Sequence record: NC_094493.1
DNA: 64,000 nucleotides
Origin: a phage
Strand: one strand, 5' to 3'
Part shown: one piece after another, positions 28,657-38,300 of the stretch
Position numbering within the stretch: position 1 is the stretch's first letter
Layout of the letters: each line of letters begins with the position of its first letter
Made by a program: the position numbers and the translations under genes
The notes under the pieces: model-generated
The model's database searches: none
Told to the model about the DNA's origin: nothing
What the model saw: the letters and a program-made list of their open reading frames with translations, nothing else

Positions 28657-30724
28657 ATTTATGGCATCTGCATACAACCGTTTCGGTGAGCCAAACCCGA
28701 AAGCAACTAAGTATAAAAGTGGGGGAAGTGTGAAACGAGACTATCGTGATGAAAAAGAAGTTGAAACTGTAGAGACTGTTTTAGAAAATACTAAAATTGT
28801 CCCTGTCCCACAACAAAATATCGGTCTGATGGCTGCACAATATTTTGGTGTGCGATCAGCATTGTCCCAAGAAGACGGTGTGACAGTCACTGCAACATAT
28901 TTCCCATATTACGACCGCTACGGAAATCTGTCTGGTTTCAAAAAGCGTGACTGGACTATTCCTAAAGAGCAAAGGGGCCATTTCTCCGTTGTTGGCATCG
29001 TAAAGGCCAACTCCCAGATGTTTGGTCAAAAGCTGTGTGCATCTTCCAACAACCGTAAGCAGATTAACGTTTGTGAGGGAGAAGGTGATGTTATTGCAGC
29101 ATGGCAGGCTGCATATCAGATACAAGTAAAAGGGATTCTCACCAACGCTAAAGCCCCGGCAAAGGTGAAGCAGTGGGCTAAAGAGGTCCAGGACGGGATC
29201 GACGCAGTTATCAACGGTGGTGATCTGGCAGGAAAACCCTGCCTGCCTTTTGTTGGAATTAACTGTGGATGTGCAAACGCAGTAGATACTTTTGCAAACA
29301 ATGAGAAGTTTATCCGTAGCTATGGAACAGTTGTGCTGGCAATGGATAACGATGCAGCTAACGAGGTAGAGAAGCAAAAACACGTCATTAAAGGTGTTGA
29401 GGCCACGCACAATATCGCAGCATTTTTGATGGCTGATAACGTTTACCACGTAGAATACCCTGGTGAAGTAAATGACCCTGACGGTGTAAAAGATATCCGA
29501 GACATGCTGAAGGCTAAAAAGCTGGAAGATATTGTCAACATGTTCCGGCACCCTGTTAAATATGTGCCTGATGCTGTGTCGGATTTAGAAGACTTCTCTA
29601 TCGAGTCTTTGCGGAAAAAGACTTCCAACGGGGTAGATATCAGCGCAGAGTTCCCAAAACTGCAAAAAATGCTAAAAGGCTTGCACAAAGGGACACTCGT
29701 AATGCTTACAGGTCCGTCAGGTGGCGGTAAAACAACCATAGCTAAAAAACTGGAACACTGTATTGCAAGATACCTAATGGACCCGACATGTCCGAAGGCC
29801 GATGACTACGAAGAGGATGATCGTCTATGCATGATCCATCTTGAGGAGGATCCAGAGGAAGCAATTAACTCCTTGTATGCAAACCAGTTAGGGTTTGATG
29901 TTAAAGAGTTTGTTGAAGATCCTAGCCAGTTTTTAACTGATCAAGAACACGCAGAGATTCACCAATCATGGGCAAAAGCTGGAAAAATCAAAGTGTTCAA
30001 ACATTTCGGATCTATTCCGGTGGACGAGTTGATTACTAAGCTTAAGCAAATGGTTTGCCTGTACCATTGTCGTTATATTGTGCTTGATCACCTGTCCATG
30101 GTAATTTCAGGGCTTAATGTTAAGGATGAGCGAAAAGAACTGGACATGGCTATGACCCAACTGGCTGCGTTTTGTAAGCAGTTTAACGTGTTTATCTTGG
30201 TGATCGCTCACCTCAAACGTATAGAGATTGTGCCTCCTAAGGACAAGGATGGTAACCCGTTACCTTTCTGGTATCCTGTGCGAAAAGAGAATTTGCGAGG
30301 ATCGGCTGGGCTTGAACAGTTGAGTTGGGTAGTCATAGGTGTCGAGGCCGAAGAAATGGTGGATCGTTCTCGTGGACGTGTCCGTCTGGTAAGTCTTAAA
30401 AACCGTCCAGCAAAAACTTTAGGTATTGCTGACACTTTAGTTATGGACCCTCACACAGGCAAGTTCCATGATGCCAGCAATTGGTACTGGGATAAAGAAA
30501 TGCAGATGTTTACAGACGGAGAAGGTGGGGAGGTTGTTTGGAGACCTCAGGCTATGTTTGAGGATCAGGAGCATACAGTTGTAGAAACACCTATGGGTAA
30601 GGTTGTGGCTGATAAGGTTGTAACTCCTACTGTTAAACCTGTTGACACGCAGGAAGACCTCCAGTACGATGATCCATCCTCTGACCAGGTCCCCGGTTTT
30701 GAGGATGATGAAACGCCTTTTTAA
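28646..30724 (+). CDS. primase-helicase (TOPRIM domain + DnaB-like helicase)
   Basis: TOPRIM-like CEGEGD and AMDNDAAN; helicase Walker A LTGPSGGGKTT and Walker B YIVLDHLS; acidic tail ending DDETPF; AAGGAG RBS; 692 aa. Confidence 0.7.
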   Translation: MGSKFMASAYNRFGEPNPKATKYKSGGSVKRDYRDEKEVETVETVLENTKIVPVPQQNIGLMAAQYFGVRSALSQEDGVTVTATYFPYYDRYGNLSGFKKRDWTIPKEQRGHFSVVGIVKANSQMFGQKLCASSNNRKQINVCEGEGDVIAAWQAAYQIQVKGILTNAKAPAKVKQWAKEVQDGIDAVINGGDLAGKPCLPFVGINCGCANAVDTFANNEKFIRSYGTVVLAMDNDAANEVEKQKHVIKGVEATHNIAAFLMADNVYHVEYPGEVNDPDGVKDIRDMLKAKKLEDIVNMFRHPVKYVPDAVSDLEDFSIESLRKKTSNGVDISAEFPKLQKMLKGLHKGTLVMLTGPSGGGKTTIAKKLEHCIARYLMDPTCPKADDYEEDDRLCMIHLEEDPEEAINSLYANQLGFDVKEFVEDPSQFLTDQEHAEIHQSWAKAGKIKVFKHFGSIPVDELITKLKQMVCLYHCRYIVLDHLSMVISGLNVKDERKELDMAMTQLAAFCKQFNVFILVIAHLKRIEIVPPKDKDGNPLPFWYPVRKENLRGSAGLEQLSWVVIGVEAEEMVDRSRGRVRLVSLKNRPAKTLGIADTLVMDPHTGKFHDASNWYWDKEMQMFTDGEGGEVVWRPQAMFEDQEHTVVETPMGKVVADKVVTPTVKPVDTQEDLQYDDPSSDQVPGFEDDETPF

Positions 30725-30782
30725 TGTTTAACAAAGAGCGGGAGGGGTAGTACAACCGCCTCCCCTTTAAGGAGAACTGTAT

Positions 30783-33206
30783 ATGAGTATGTGGTCTTTC
30801 GATCTGGAGGCCTCCGGGCTTTTGGAAGATCTAGATCTTTATTATCACTGCGGTCTGTTTAAAGAGCTGAATAAGAACCGTTTTATGCTGTTCCTTCCTC
30901 TAAATGACCGCACACACTACTCCGAGGAGGATATAGAGAAGGCTAAGAACTTTATTCTGGCAAAGAAAACTCTTTATAAAGATTTTGAAGTTCGCATAGC
31001 AGATTTTTCGGAGTTGGAAGGTTGGCTTACAGGCAATTCCGACTGGTCACCAACAGCTTTGAACTGCCATAACTGCTACAGTTATGACTTTATGCTGATG
31101 GAAAGATTATCCGGTATTCATTTTGACATGTTCCGTGATCCTAAATGCATGGGTACTATCAACGACCACCAGGTTAACCTGTTTGATACGTTGGCGATGA
31201 GTCGAATCTTGTGGCCTGATCGCCCTTTACCAAAAGGTTGTCCGGACTCTGTATTCAACCCGGTCACTAAGAAAATGCAGCCTGTTGGTCCTCACGGCCT
31301 TATGGCATGGGGCTATGCTCTTGGTAACCAGAAAGTTCAAATTGATGACTGGCGCGATCTTCCGTTGTGGAAGTATGTGGATCGTGTATTTGAGGACGTT
31401 ATCATCCAGGAGCTGCTCTGGAAAGAACTGGTAGCGGAATCAAAAGGTGTATTCTACGGCAAGTCTGACATGCAGAACTTTATGTACGATCCTGCCAAAG
31501 AGAAGCCGAAAGGGTTCAAGAAGATCACCTGGAAGAACGCATTACGCCGAGGCATGCTGCAGCACTTCCTGATGGAGCTGCAGGCCCGTCAGGGTGTGTA
31601 TTTCGACATAGATGGAGCTATTGCTTTACGTGACCGTTGCGATGCGTGGATGAAAGAAATCGCTGATCGTGTTGAACCACAACTGCCTTTAAAAGAGCTG
31701 TCAATGTCTCAGCGGCCCAAGTTCCCTGAAAAGCCGTTTAACCAAGACGGGACAATCTCTAATAATGGTTGGAAATGGTTAAAAGATAAGCTTGGCTATC
31801 CTGTAGACATGAGCGCTCTAGAGTTCAAAGCCCCGCCTAAGAGAGCATTTACCTCCACAGGAGATGTCAGTAAGATGGGGATAAAATGGTGTGAAGAGAT
31901 GGGCTGCAAAGACCCCGATAAGATGGCTGATTTCTTGAGAGGCTATATTAAGGGCACCTCAACACCACAACCTTTACCTAAAGAGCTAATGGATCAGGCA
32001 ATAAGCGATCTGCAGCAGAAGCGAATGCCTGACTGCAAGATACCTATGAAAATCAGCAATCAGGACGACATTAAGCGATACCTGATCAGTGCTGGTTGGC
32101 TTCCGACAATGTGGAGAACTAAGGATGTAACTAAAGACAGCAAGAAGAAAGCTCTACCTGATGCAGATGTTGATGCACGAGTATATGCATACATGGACGA
32201 GCTTTTAGAGTCAGAGTATTGTGACCTAATTATCAACTTCTGGAACAAAACTGATGCTAAGTTTCAGACAACAGTGCACAAGTTCCGAAGCTTTCCTAAC
32301 TCCGAAAGGATTAAAAAGGAAGTATTCGGGAAAATACGTAGAAAAGCTAGGGCACTTATTACTTCTCCGCAACTGAAAGATACGTTTGGACACCTATGTC
32401 CGAATCTTGAAAAATTGAACGGAGAGATGGCTAAGGATATCGTCTTGTGGTTATCCTTGCGAAACCGCAGATCGGTCCTTGATCCAATCAAGGAGGATAA
32501 GGTTGATACTGGTCTTCTTAATCACCCACGCTTGAAGATTGACCATAAGCTTCCTGCTAAAAGCTCCGGATTAACAAACACTTCCAGACAGAAACACAGC
32601 ATTTGTGCAAACATGCCTAAACCCTCTCCTAAAGTGGTTATGGGTAAGGAGATGCGTAGCTTGTGGGGTGTTCCTCCTGGATACTTTGAGATCGGTATTG
32701 ACGGGTCCAACTTAGAGCAGCTTATCGGGGCTTGGGGTGCCTTTGAGTTCGACAACGGCTTGTATTATGATGTTGTAAGTAACGGGGACGCACACCAAAA
32801 CAATGCTGAGGCATATACAAAAGTAGCAGGCAGAGAGGTGTCTCGTAACGACGGTAAACCTATCACGTATGGGGTTATGTACGGGGCACAAAAAGATAAA
32901 GTTGCAGATATGCTGGACATCTCTCCAGAGTTGGGACAAAGGGTAATCGATGCACTCTGGGATGCCAACCCTGGTCTTAAGGGGCGCAAAGAGGATCTGG
33001 AGAAATTCTGGGAAGCAACAGGTAAGAAGTTTATCTACTCTTTTGATGGTCATGCTATCTGGACCCGATCTAAACACTCTTTACTTAATGCATACCAACA
33101 GAATGGTGGTGCATCGCTGTGTGACTTGGTTGGGATACTTATGCACCACCAAATGGTGAAGCGTGGGTGGTACGATGAAGGTGTTCGTCGTATTATTTAT
33201 TACCAT
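30783..33206 (+). CDS. family A (T7-like) DNA polymerase, exon 1
   Basis: 3'-5' exonuclease Exo I FDLEASG; motif A IDGSNLEQL; motif B RNDGKPITYGVMYGAQ; reading frame stops 1 codon after ...IIYYH, exactly where motif C (HDE) should continue. Confidence 0.85.
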
Positions 33207-33482
33207 AAATAACATTGTGGCTTCATAGAGTAATCTATGTCGAATAACCTCTTTAACTGCGGGAAGCCTAAACCTTATGGCAAGGTAATCCGCAACGAAG
33301 CGCTCAAAAGAGCGAACGCTCAGAGGCCATTCCGAAAGGAAGTAGACCAGCAAGTGCGGTCGAAATGGGAGGATTCCTGTGGTTGCTTATCATAGGAATA
33401 TGAGATGGTCCGATCCTACGTGAAAACGTATGGCTATGCACGTAATGGTGCGGGGTAGCTTAACGACCTACCTGAACTATTG
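33207..33482 (+). ncRNA. putative group I self-splicing intron (no ORF) interrupting the DNA polymerase
   Basis: 276 nt between ...YYH and DEYQLQV...; 5' exon ends in U and intervening sequence ends in G; P-like AACTGCGGGAAG (33255), Q-like AATCCGCAACG (33287), R-like GTAGACCAG (33342) and S-like GAGATGGTCC (33402) elements; candidate guide GTGG at 33217. Confidence 0.7.
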
Positions 33483-33836
33483 GATGAGTACCAACTTCAA
33501 GTGCCTGACACACCGAAGTATAAGACTGTGTACACCTTCGACACAATTGAAGAACTGGAAGCATTTAAGGCAGAGCAGGAAGCCAAACTTCATGTGTTCG
33601 ACGGTCATAAGTACAAAAAGGCACGCAAGGATGAGGACGGAAACGAAGTGGTTGACAGAGACGGAAACACGGTGTACGATCCTATCCTGAACGATAACGG
33701 AAAGCTTGAACTTATCTGGAGCCCTGTGGGTGAAATGGTGGTGCATTGCTTCTGGCAAGCTTCTAAAATGATGGGAGTCCCGTTCCAGATCACAGGTGAA
33801 TACTTGTGTGGTAGTAACTGGGGTGATTGTCACTAA
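33483..33836 (+). CDS. family A DNA polymerase, exon 2 (motif C to C-terminus)
   Basis: Begins DEYQLQV (completing H|DE motif C) and ends ...GSNWGDCH with a C-terminal His as in T7 gp5 (from memory); no RBS or ATG of its own. Confidence 0.75.
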   Translation, partial: DEYQLQVPDTPKYKTVYTFDTIEELEAFKAEQEAKLHVFDGHKYKKARKDEDGNEVVDRDGNTVYDPILNDNGKLELIWSPVGEMVVHCFWQASKMMGVPFQITGEYLCGSNWGDCH

Positions 33837-33885
33837 TGTAAACTATCAGCACAGGGAGGTGCTGTTGAGCAAAGAGGAGACTTTT

Positions 33886-34170
33886 ATGGTAGTAGAGCCA
33901 ACAAAAACATTTACATCCATGACCATTCCTGTTATTATGCAGGTGGAGTGTGTTCAGGTATCTCAAGTGTGGCCTGGCACCAAAATCCCAACAGGGCCTG
34001 ATTTCTTTCAGGTTGGGAAAGTGTACAATGTCTGGAAGGCACCAGATTGTTACCCTTTCATTAAAGATGAACGTGGGATGCTGTGGTATCTTGGAAATGA
34101 CTTGACACTGCACCTTGGGAATGCTATTATTGCAGTATTCAGATTTAACAAGAAGGAGACCGATCAATGA
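33886..34170 (+). CDS. hypothetical protein, member 1 of a 3-gene tandem paralogue set
   Basis: ATG after AAAGAGGAG RBS; shares GK.Y.V...IKDE.G..WY motif with the next two genes. Confidence 0.55.
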   Translation: MVVEPTKTFTSMTIPVIMQVECVQVSQVWPGTKIPTGPDFFQVGKVYNVWKAPDCYPFIKDERGMLWYLGNDLTLHLGNAIIAVFRFNKKETDQ

Positions 34171-34394
34171 CGACTTTGGTTAAAGCTACCTTTGTAGAAG
34201 AAAAGATGACAGACATGTCATTCTTTAAAGAAGGAAAGACCTACGAGGTTTATTACGATAAAGCTCGTGCAAACAAAATGATTAAAGACGAGGAAGGGGT
34301 TGACTGGTATATCTCTCACCTGGCAAACGGTGAGTATCATATCTACGGAACCACTTTGCTTGCCAAGTTTGTAGTTGTTGAAGAGGACCTATGA
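34167..34394 (+). CDS. hypothetical protein, paralogue 2
   Basis: 4-nt overlap with upstream gene; FKEGKTYEVYYD...IKDEEGVDWYISHLANG. Confidence 0.55.
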   Translation: MTTLVKATFVEEKMTDMSFFKEGKTYEVYYDKARANKMIKDEEGVDWYISHLANGEYHIYGTTLLAKFVVVEEDL

Positions 34395-34585
34395 AAGTAA
34401 AGTATCTTGCTGAAGGTATGAATAGGTATTTTACCCTTGGTGAAGAATATTGGCCCTTTACAAACAACGGCGATGTCTACGTGAAAGATAATTTCGGCAC
34501 GCCGTGGTTTCTGCACTCTAATGGGCTGGGATACTCCATTTACTGCGGTGCAGTGAACAACACAACTCTTGCAGAGTTCGTTTAG
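34391..34585 (+). CDS. hypothetical protein, paralogue 3
   Basis: 4-nt overlap with upstream gene; FTLGEEYWPF...VKDNFGTPWFLHSNGLG. Confidence 0.55.
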   Translation: MKVKYLAEGMNRYFTLGEEYWPFTNNGDVYVKDNFGTPWFLHSNGLGYSIYCGAVNNTTLAEFV

Positions 34586-34595
34586 AGGAGGTAGG

Positions 34596-34967
34596 ATGTT
34601 AGTAAAAGGTACCCACACAGTCAAACAACGTATTGAAGTTGAGATTGATGATTGTGAGCTGAAGCATATTTTACGGTCATGCTCCAACGTTTTGCTCCTT
34701 AGTATTCTTCAGGAGCGAGCGGAGAATGAGTTCTTAAATGCATTGGCAGGCCGTCCCGGTGACTTCTGTGTGCGTAAGCGTGGTGACAACAAGTCATGGT
34801 TGTGGGAAATCGATGCCGACTGGGATTACCACAAAAATGAGGGTATAGATGAGCCTATTCGTGAACTGACTGAAAACGAAGTTCAGATGTACGAAGATGT
34901 TTGCCAGTGGGCAAAAAGTCAACAAACCTACCTTGATCCTTGGTGGATGATTGAAAATAGTCGTTGA
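34596..34967 (+). CDS. hypothetical protein
   Basis: ATG after GAGGAGG RBS (ORF-track start 34569 trimmed). Confidence 0.55.
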   Translation: MLVKGTHTVKQRIEVEIDDCELKHILRSCSNVLLLSILQERAENEFLNALAGRPGDFCVRKRGDNKSWLWEIDADWDYHKNEGIDEPIRELTENEVQMYEDVCQWAKSQQTYLDPWWMIENSR

Positions 34968-34992
34968 CAAGAAGTAAGGTTAGATGTAAGAT
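34964..34992 (+). promoter_or_regulatory. sigma70-type promoter
   Basis: TTGACA, 17-nt spacer, TAAGAT, upstream of the ATG at 35044. Confidence 0.5.
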
Positions 34993-35043
34993 ACTCCTCA
35001 CAAACAGAGTATTGATTGTTAAATAATTAAGGAGACCTCTAAG

Positions 35044-35298
35044 ATGAAAATCATGTTGAAACCAGAATGCGTTGCAAACGACCGAGCTTTTAAAGATTGC
35101 ACACTTGGCGCTACTTATGAAGCAGAGTTTTGTGAGAACCCTTTGGTAAAAGCCCTTTTGGAAGAAGGGGCCCCTCTATCACAAGAAGAGCTTGATGAGC
35201 TGGAAAACTCAGCACAGTGCCTTACCTTTAAAGATGATGAAGGAGACTCTGTCTGGTGCACTGTTAACGAAGTAGTTTTTGTAAAAACTGAACATTAA
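35044..35298 (+). CDS. hypothetical acidic protein, member of a 2-gene paralogue pair
   Basis: AAGGAGA RBS; KPECVANDRAFKDCTLG...DDEGDSVWCT motif shared with the next gene. Confidence 0.6.
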   Translation: MKIMLKPECVANDRAFKDCTLGATYEAEFCENPLVKALLEEGAPLSQEELDELENSAQCLTFKDDEGDSVWCTVNEVVFVKTEH

Positions 35299-35301
35299 TA
35301 C

Positions 35302-35330
35302 TTGACAACAGCGATAGGACCTAATACAAT
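35302..35330 (+). promoter_or_regulatory. sigma70-type promoter with downstream hairpin
   Basis: TTGACA, 17-nt spacer, TACAAT; -10 sits inside an AGGACC...GGTCCT hairpin; upstream of the ATG at 35362. Confidence 0.55.
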
Positions 35331-35361
35331 GGTCCTATCAAAACGAAAGGGGACCACAGCA

Positions 35362-35619
35362 ATGACCAAACAATATCAACGAATTAAAGCCAAGGTTAAG
35401 CCAGACTACCTAGAGAAGGACTCTGCTTTTCGGGACTGCACAGCTGACAAAGTTTACACAGGGGCCGTCCTGTTGAACGATAAACTTGAAGTAGATGTGC
35501 TGGGTAAAGAGGCCGTTATCGAGGATGACAACGGTGACTGTGTTTTCTGCACCACACGGGAGCTAGAAGTCTTAGAATACTTCGGTGAAATCTTCAACTC
35601 CTTAGACGAGGAAGCGTAA
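35362..35619 (+). CDS. hypothetical acidic protein, paralogue of the 35044 gene
   Basis: ATG after AAAGGGGA RBS; KPDYLEKDSAFRDCTAD...DDNGDCVFCT; ORF-track start 35302 is the TTG of the -35 hexamer. Confidence 0.55.
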   Translation: MTKQYQRIKAKVKPDYLEKDSAFRDCTADKVYTGAVLLNDKLEVDVLGKEAVIEDDNGDCVFCTTRELEVLEYFGEIFNSLDEEA

Positions 35620-36008
35620 TGAAAAATATTTGGGATATCGATATCTTTGAAGCCTCTAAGCTTGACGGTGCTGATGGAGTGATTATGGTGTCTGATGGTA
35701 AGGCAACACTAACTTCCGGAGATATCATCTATGCCTTGGACGAGCTGGCGCTTCTGAAATCTACCGGTAACACTTTGGAGGAGCGTCTTCAAGGATTCGC
35801 TTTCAAAGAAGGTACAAATACAGCCATGATGTGCACCACGCGGACAGTTCAGGTTGGTAACGGTGTCTATATGATTATTGCTGTGTGTCCTAAATTCAGC
35901 AACGTCAACAAAGATGATGCTGACGCGGTCAACGATGTGGTTGTTCTCTTCGTGGGTGACGCTATGGCAGATCTGATGAATGCAGGAGAAGCAGCAAATG
36001 AAGACTGA
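35619..36008 (+). CDS. hypothetical protein (129 aa)
   Basis: Start overlaps upstream stop. Confidence 0.5.
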   Translation: MKNIWDIDIFEASKLDGADGVIMVSDGKATLTSGDIIYALDELALLKSTGNTLEERLQGFAFKEGTNTAMMCTTRTVQVGNGVYMIIAVCPKFSNVNKDDADAVNDVVVLFVGDAMADLMNAGEAANED

Positions 36009-36300
36009 AAACATCACCCCAGCAGGGTTCTTAAAAGTATACCGTGAACTGCTATATACTACAGAGGACAGTGTTCTAGAGTATCCAGAATATCTTTTGC
36101 TGTATAAGTATCTGCAGGAGGCTGGTGAAAATCTGCCAGTTAGTGCAGAAGGTGGTCCAAACTGGATATACAGCGCATGGAGAAAGGTTGACATTCTCCC
36201 AGACCCAGGTAAAGATATGGTAGTTTGGCAGCTTATCAACAACATCGGGATTCCAATCTTTGATGAAGCTGTTAAAATCTATTTTGAACTTGACGATTAA
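35998..36300 (+). CDS. hypothetical protein
   Basis: ATG after CAGGAGAAG RBS (ORF-track start 35980 trimmed). Confidence 0.5.
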   Translation: MKTENITPAGFLKVYRELLYTTEDSVLEYPEYLLLYKYLQEAGENLPVSAEGGPNWIYSAWRKVDILPDPGKDMVVWQLINNIGIPIFDEAVKIYFELDD

Positions 36301-36317
36301 TATCAGGAGACCTTAAG

Positions 36318-36563
36318 ATGGCTGAAGTAGTTGCTCGCGCAGGACAGAAAGTACGTTGTGTGGAAGTAGGTTTTGGTGGCAAAGGGTGTCAAAACTTGAC
36401 TCAAGGTAAGGAATACGCTGTTATTTCTGGTGGTGGCGACGAGAGTATTGTGTTCGAGGGCCACATCCTGGATGCTGAAAACTTTGAAATCTTTGACGAC
36501 GATGGAGATCCGATCACCTGCCTGCTGGACGGGAATTGGGGAACTTTCGAAGTGATTGGCTAA
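36318..36563 (+). CDS. hypothetical acidic protein (81 aa)
   Basis: ATG after CAGGAGA RBS. Confidence 0.55.
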   Translation: MAEVVARAGQKVRCVEVGFGGKGCQNLTQGKEYAVISGGGDESIVFEGHILDAENFEIFDDDGDPITCLLDGNWGTFEVIG

Positions 36564-36646
36564 CAAATACCTATTGTAATTTACAGAAGGGGATGCTAAA
36601 ATAGTGTCTCCTTCTATGTTGTTCAAATAAAATCGGAGATTCCATA

Positions 36647-37012
36647 ATGGAACAAATGAACGATCAAGCGTCGGTTGCGATGAACGAGCAAGAACAACCT
36701 CAAGAATTTTTCTTAGGGTTAAGTAAAGATCAAGTGTCTCTTCTGCTAGTGCTTTCTTCTTTCATGGGAAGACTTCAGGAGCTCACACAACAGCCAGAGG
36801 CTGAACAATTATTCCAAGCTTTGCGTGAAGAAGAAAAATATCGTCGTTTGGACTATGCCTTAGGTTGGGTAGCTCAACAACGGGATATGCTGATGGCCCT
36901 CTCTGGGACCACAAGTTTTGCAATGGGCCTGTTGGCTCAAGTTCAGGACAAATTAATTCAAGCAGGGTTCGCACACACGGCAAGCACTAACGAAGAACAA
37001 GGAGACAAATAA
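36647..37012 (+). CDS. hypothetical protein (121 aa)
   Basis: ATG after GGAGA RBS; Q/E-rich helical. Confidence 0.5.
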   Translation: MEQMNDQASVAMNEQEQPQEFFLGLSKDQVSLLLVLSSFMGRLQELTQQPEAEQLFQALREEEKYRRLDYALGWVAQQRDMLMALSGTTSFAMGLLAQVQDKLIQAGFAHTASTNEEQGDK

Positions 37013-38238
37013 TGAGCGTTATTCAACAATTCGCTAACCCAATGAATCCGCGTGAAACTGTTTTACTAGCTCACGGCATGATTAAACGTGTTAGCATCAA
37101 GCCTATTAAAGGTGCTGATCCTACAACAGGTATTAAAACCACTGTGTGGCAAGGTAAGAAAATTGAATCCAGCCACACCATCTCTTTACTGATTTCTGAA
37201 CTGGATTCCTCTGATAACCTGCTTCAAGGTGGTGAAGAAGTCTGGATCAGCATGGGTGATAAGCTGCTTAAACCAGGTCATCAAGACTCTGTCTCTGTTA
37301 AGATTGATGACAAGTGGGAAACCGTAACGCCAGGATGGATCGTAAATATCCCTTTGAAGGCAAACGAGCATAACGGTAAGACCTATTACAAGGGCTCACT
37401 GGCTAAGATGGTTAAGCTGGGTGCAGGAGAGGCTCCAGCAGCGACTCAGCAGCAAAAACAGCAACAAGGTGCACAATCACAAGGCCAGAAGCAGAAACCT
37501 CAGCAGAATGCCAATCAGGACGTTTTACGCATCTATGGTGATGTGACTCAGATTGTTGGCAACGTGGTTACTGTTAATGACCACAAGATTGGCGAAGGTG
37601 CTATGGTTGTAACTGATGAGCAGCTTAAAGACCTGGTGGTAGGTGGTCGTGTTGCAGCCATTGTTGACAAAGACACCGGAAACATTATCAGTGGTTTCAA
37701 GGCCTATCCCCCTAAGGCAGAGAACGGCACTCAAGGATCTGGTGGCAAGCGTAAATCCTCTTACGACCCTATCGGTGTGGAAACGGGGCATAGCATCAAT
37801 GCGTTGCAGATCATCCTGGATCGCGGGTTTAAGGTAGACGACCCACTGGGCGTGGCTAAAACACTGCACGTAGTCACCATTGAGCTTAAGAAAGAGTATG
37901 CTCAAGCCACCAACCGAACTGAAGATGAAGTAGGTGCCAGTGTCGGTAATGCGGTGTTGAACGCTTGTCGCCGTATTGACAAGAAAACGAAAGTTGATGA
38001 TTTTGCAGCGGCAATTACTGCAGAAGCAAAAGATGTCTTGACTAATCTGGCTGAACCGTTGTACGATTGGATCAAGAACGGTGCTGGGTCAACCGACCAT
38101 CAAGAACCTCAGGCTGCCAAACAGGAAGCAGCTCCACAGCAAAACACTGTAGACGCTCCTCCTGTAAATGATGCGGAAGATGACCCAATGGATCAGAATC
38201 CAGCACAGTACGCCTTTGATGATGACATCCCTTTTTAA
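37012..38238 (+). CDS. single-stranded DNA-binding protein-like
   Basis: 408 aa; Q-rich linker then acidic tail ending ...AFDDDIPF, identical to the E. coli SSB C-terminal hexapeptide as I recall it; AAGGAGA RBS; sits with replication genes. Confidence 0.6.
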   Translation: MSVIQQFANPMNPRETVLLAHGMIKRVSIKPIKGADPTTGIKTTVWQGKKIESSHTISLLISELDSSDNLLQGGEEVWISMGDKLLKPGHQDSVSVKIDDKWETVTPGWIVNIPLKANEHNGKTYYKGSLAKMVKLGAGEAPAATQQQKQQQGAQSQGQKQKPQQNANQDVLRIYGDVTQIVGNVVTVNDHKIGEGAMVVTDEQLKDLVVGGRVAAIVDKDTGNIISGFKAYPPKAENGTQGSGGKRKSSYDPIGVETGHSINALQIILDRGFKVDDPLGVAKTLHVVTIELKKEYAQATNRTEDEVGASVGNAVLNACRRIDKKTKVDDFAAAITAEAKDVLTNLAEPLYDWIKNGAGSTDHQEPQAAKQEAAPQQNTVDAPPVNDAEDDPMDQNPAQYAFDDDIPF

Positions 38239-38253
38239 CAATTAGTTAACATA

Positions 38254-38282
38254 GCCCTGCCCGAAAGGGTGGGGCATTTTTG
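38254..38282 (+). terminator. intrinsic terminator (copy 2 of the shared hairpin)
   Basis: GCCCTGCCCGAAAGGGTGGGGC followed by ATTTTTG then an AAGGAGA RBS. Confidence 0.65.
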
Positions 38283-38300
38283 TATAAGGAGATCTGAAAA

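Noticed and set aside
33430-33836. ORFs 33430..33690 (+) and 33477..33833 (-) overlapping the intron/exon-2 region
   Set aside because: The polymerase frame from 33483 carries the motif C continuation and a T7-like C-terminus, so the other frames are spurious.
30783-33836. Intein, or a polymerase split into two genes, as the explanation for the break
   Set aside because: The intervening 276 nt contains in-frame stops (not an in-frame intein), exon 2 has no RBS or ATG, and the segment shows group I intron P/Q/R/S elements.
37012-38238. The 408-aa protein as a tape-measure or other structural protein
   Set aside because: It sits in the replication module and ends in the SSB-type acidic DDDIPF tail after a Q-rich linker, which fits an SSB better than a structural protein.
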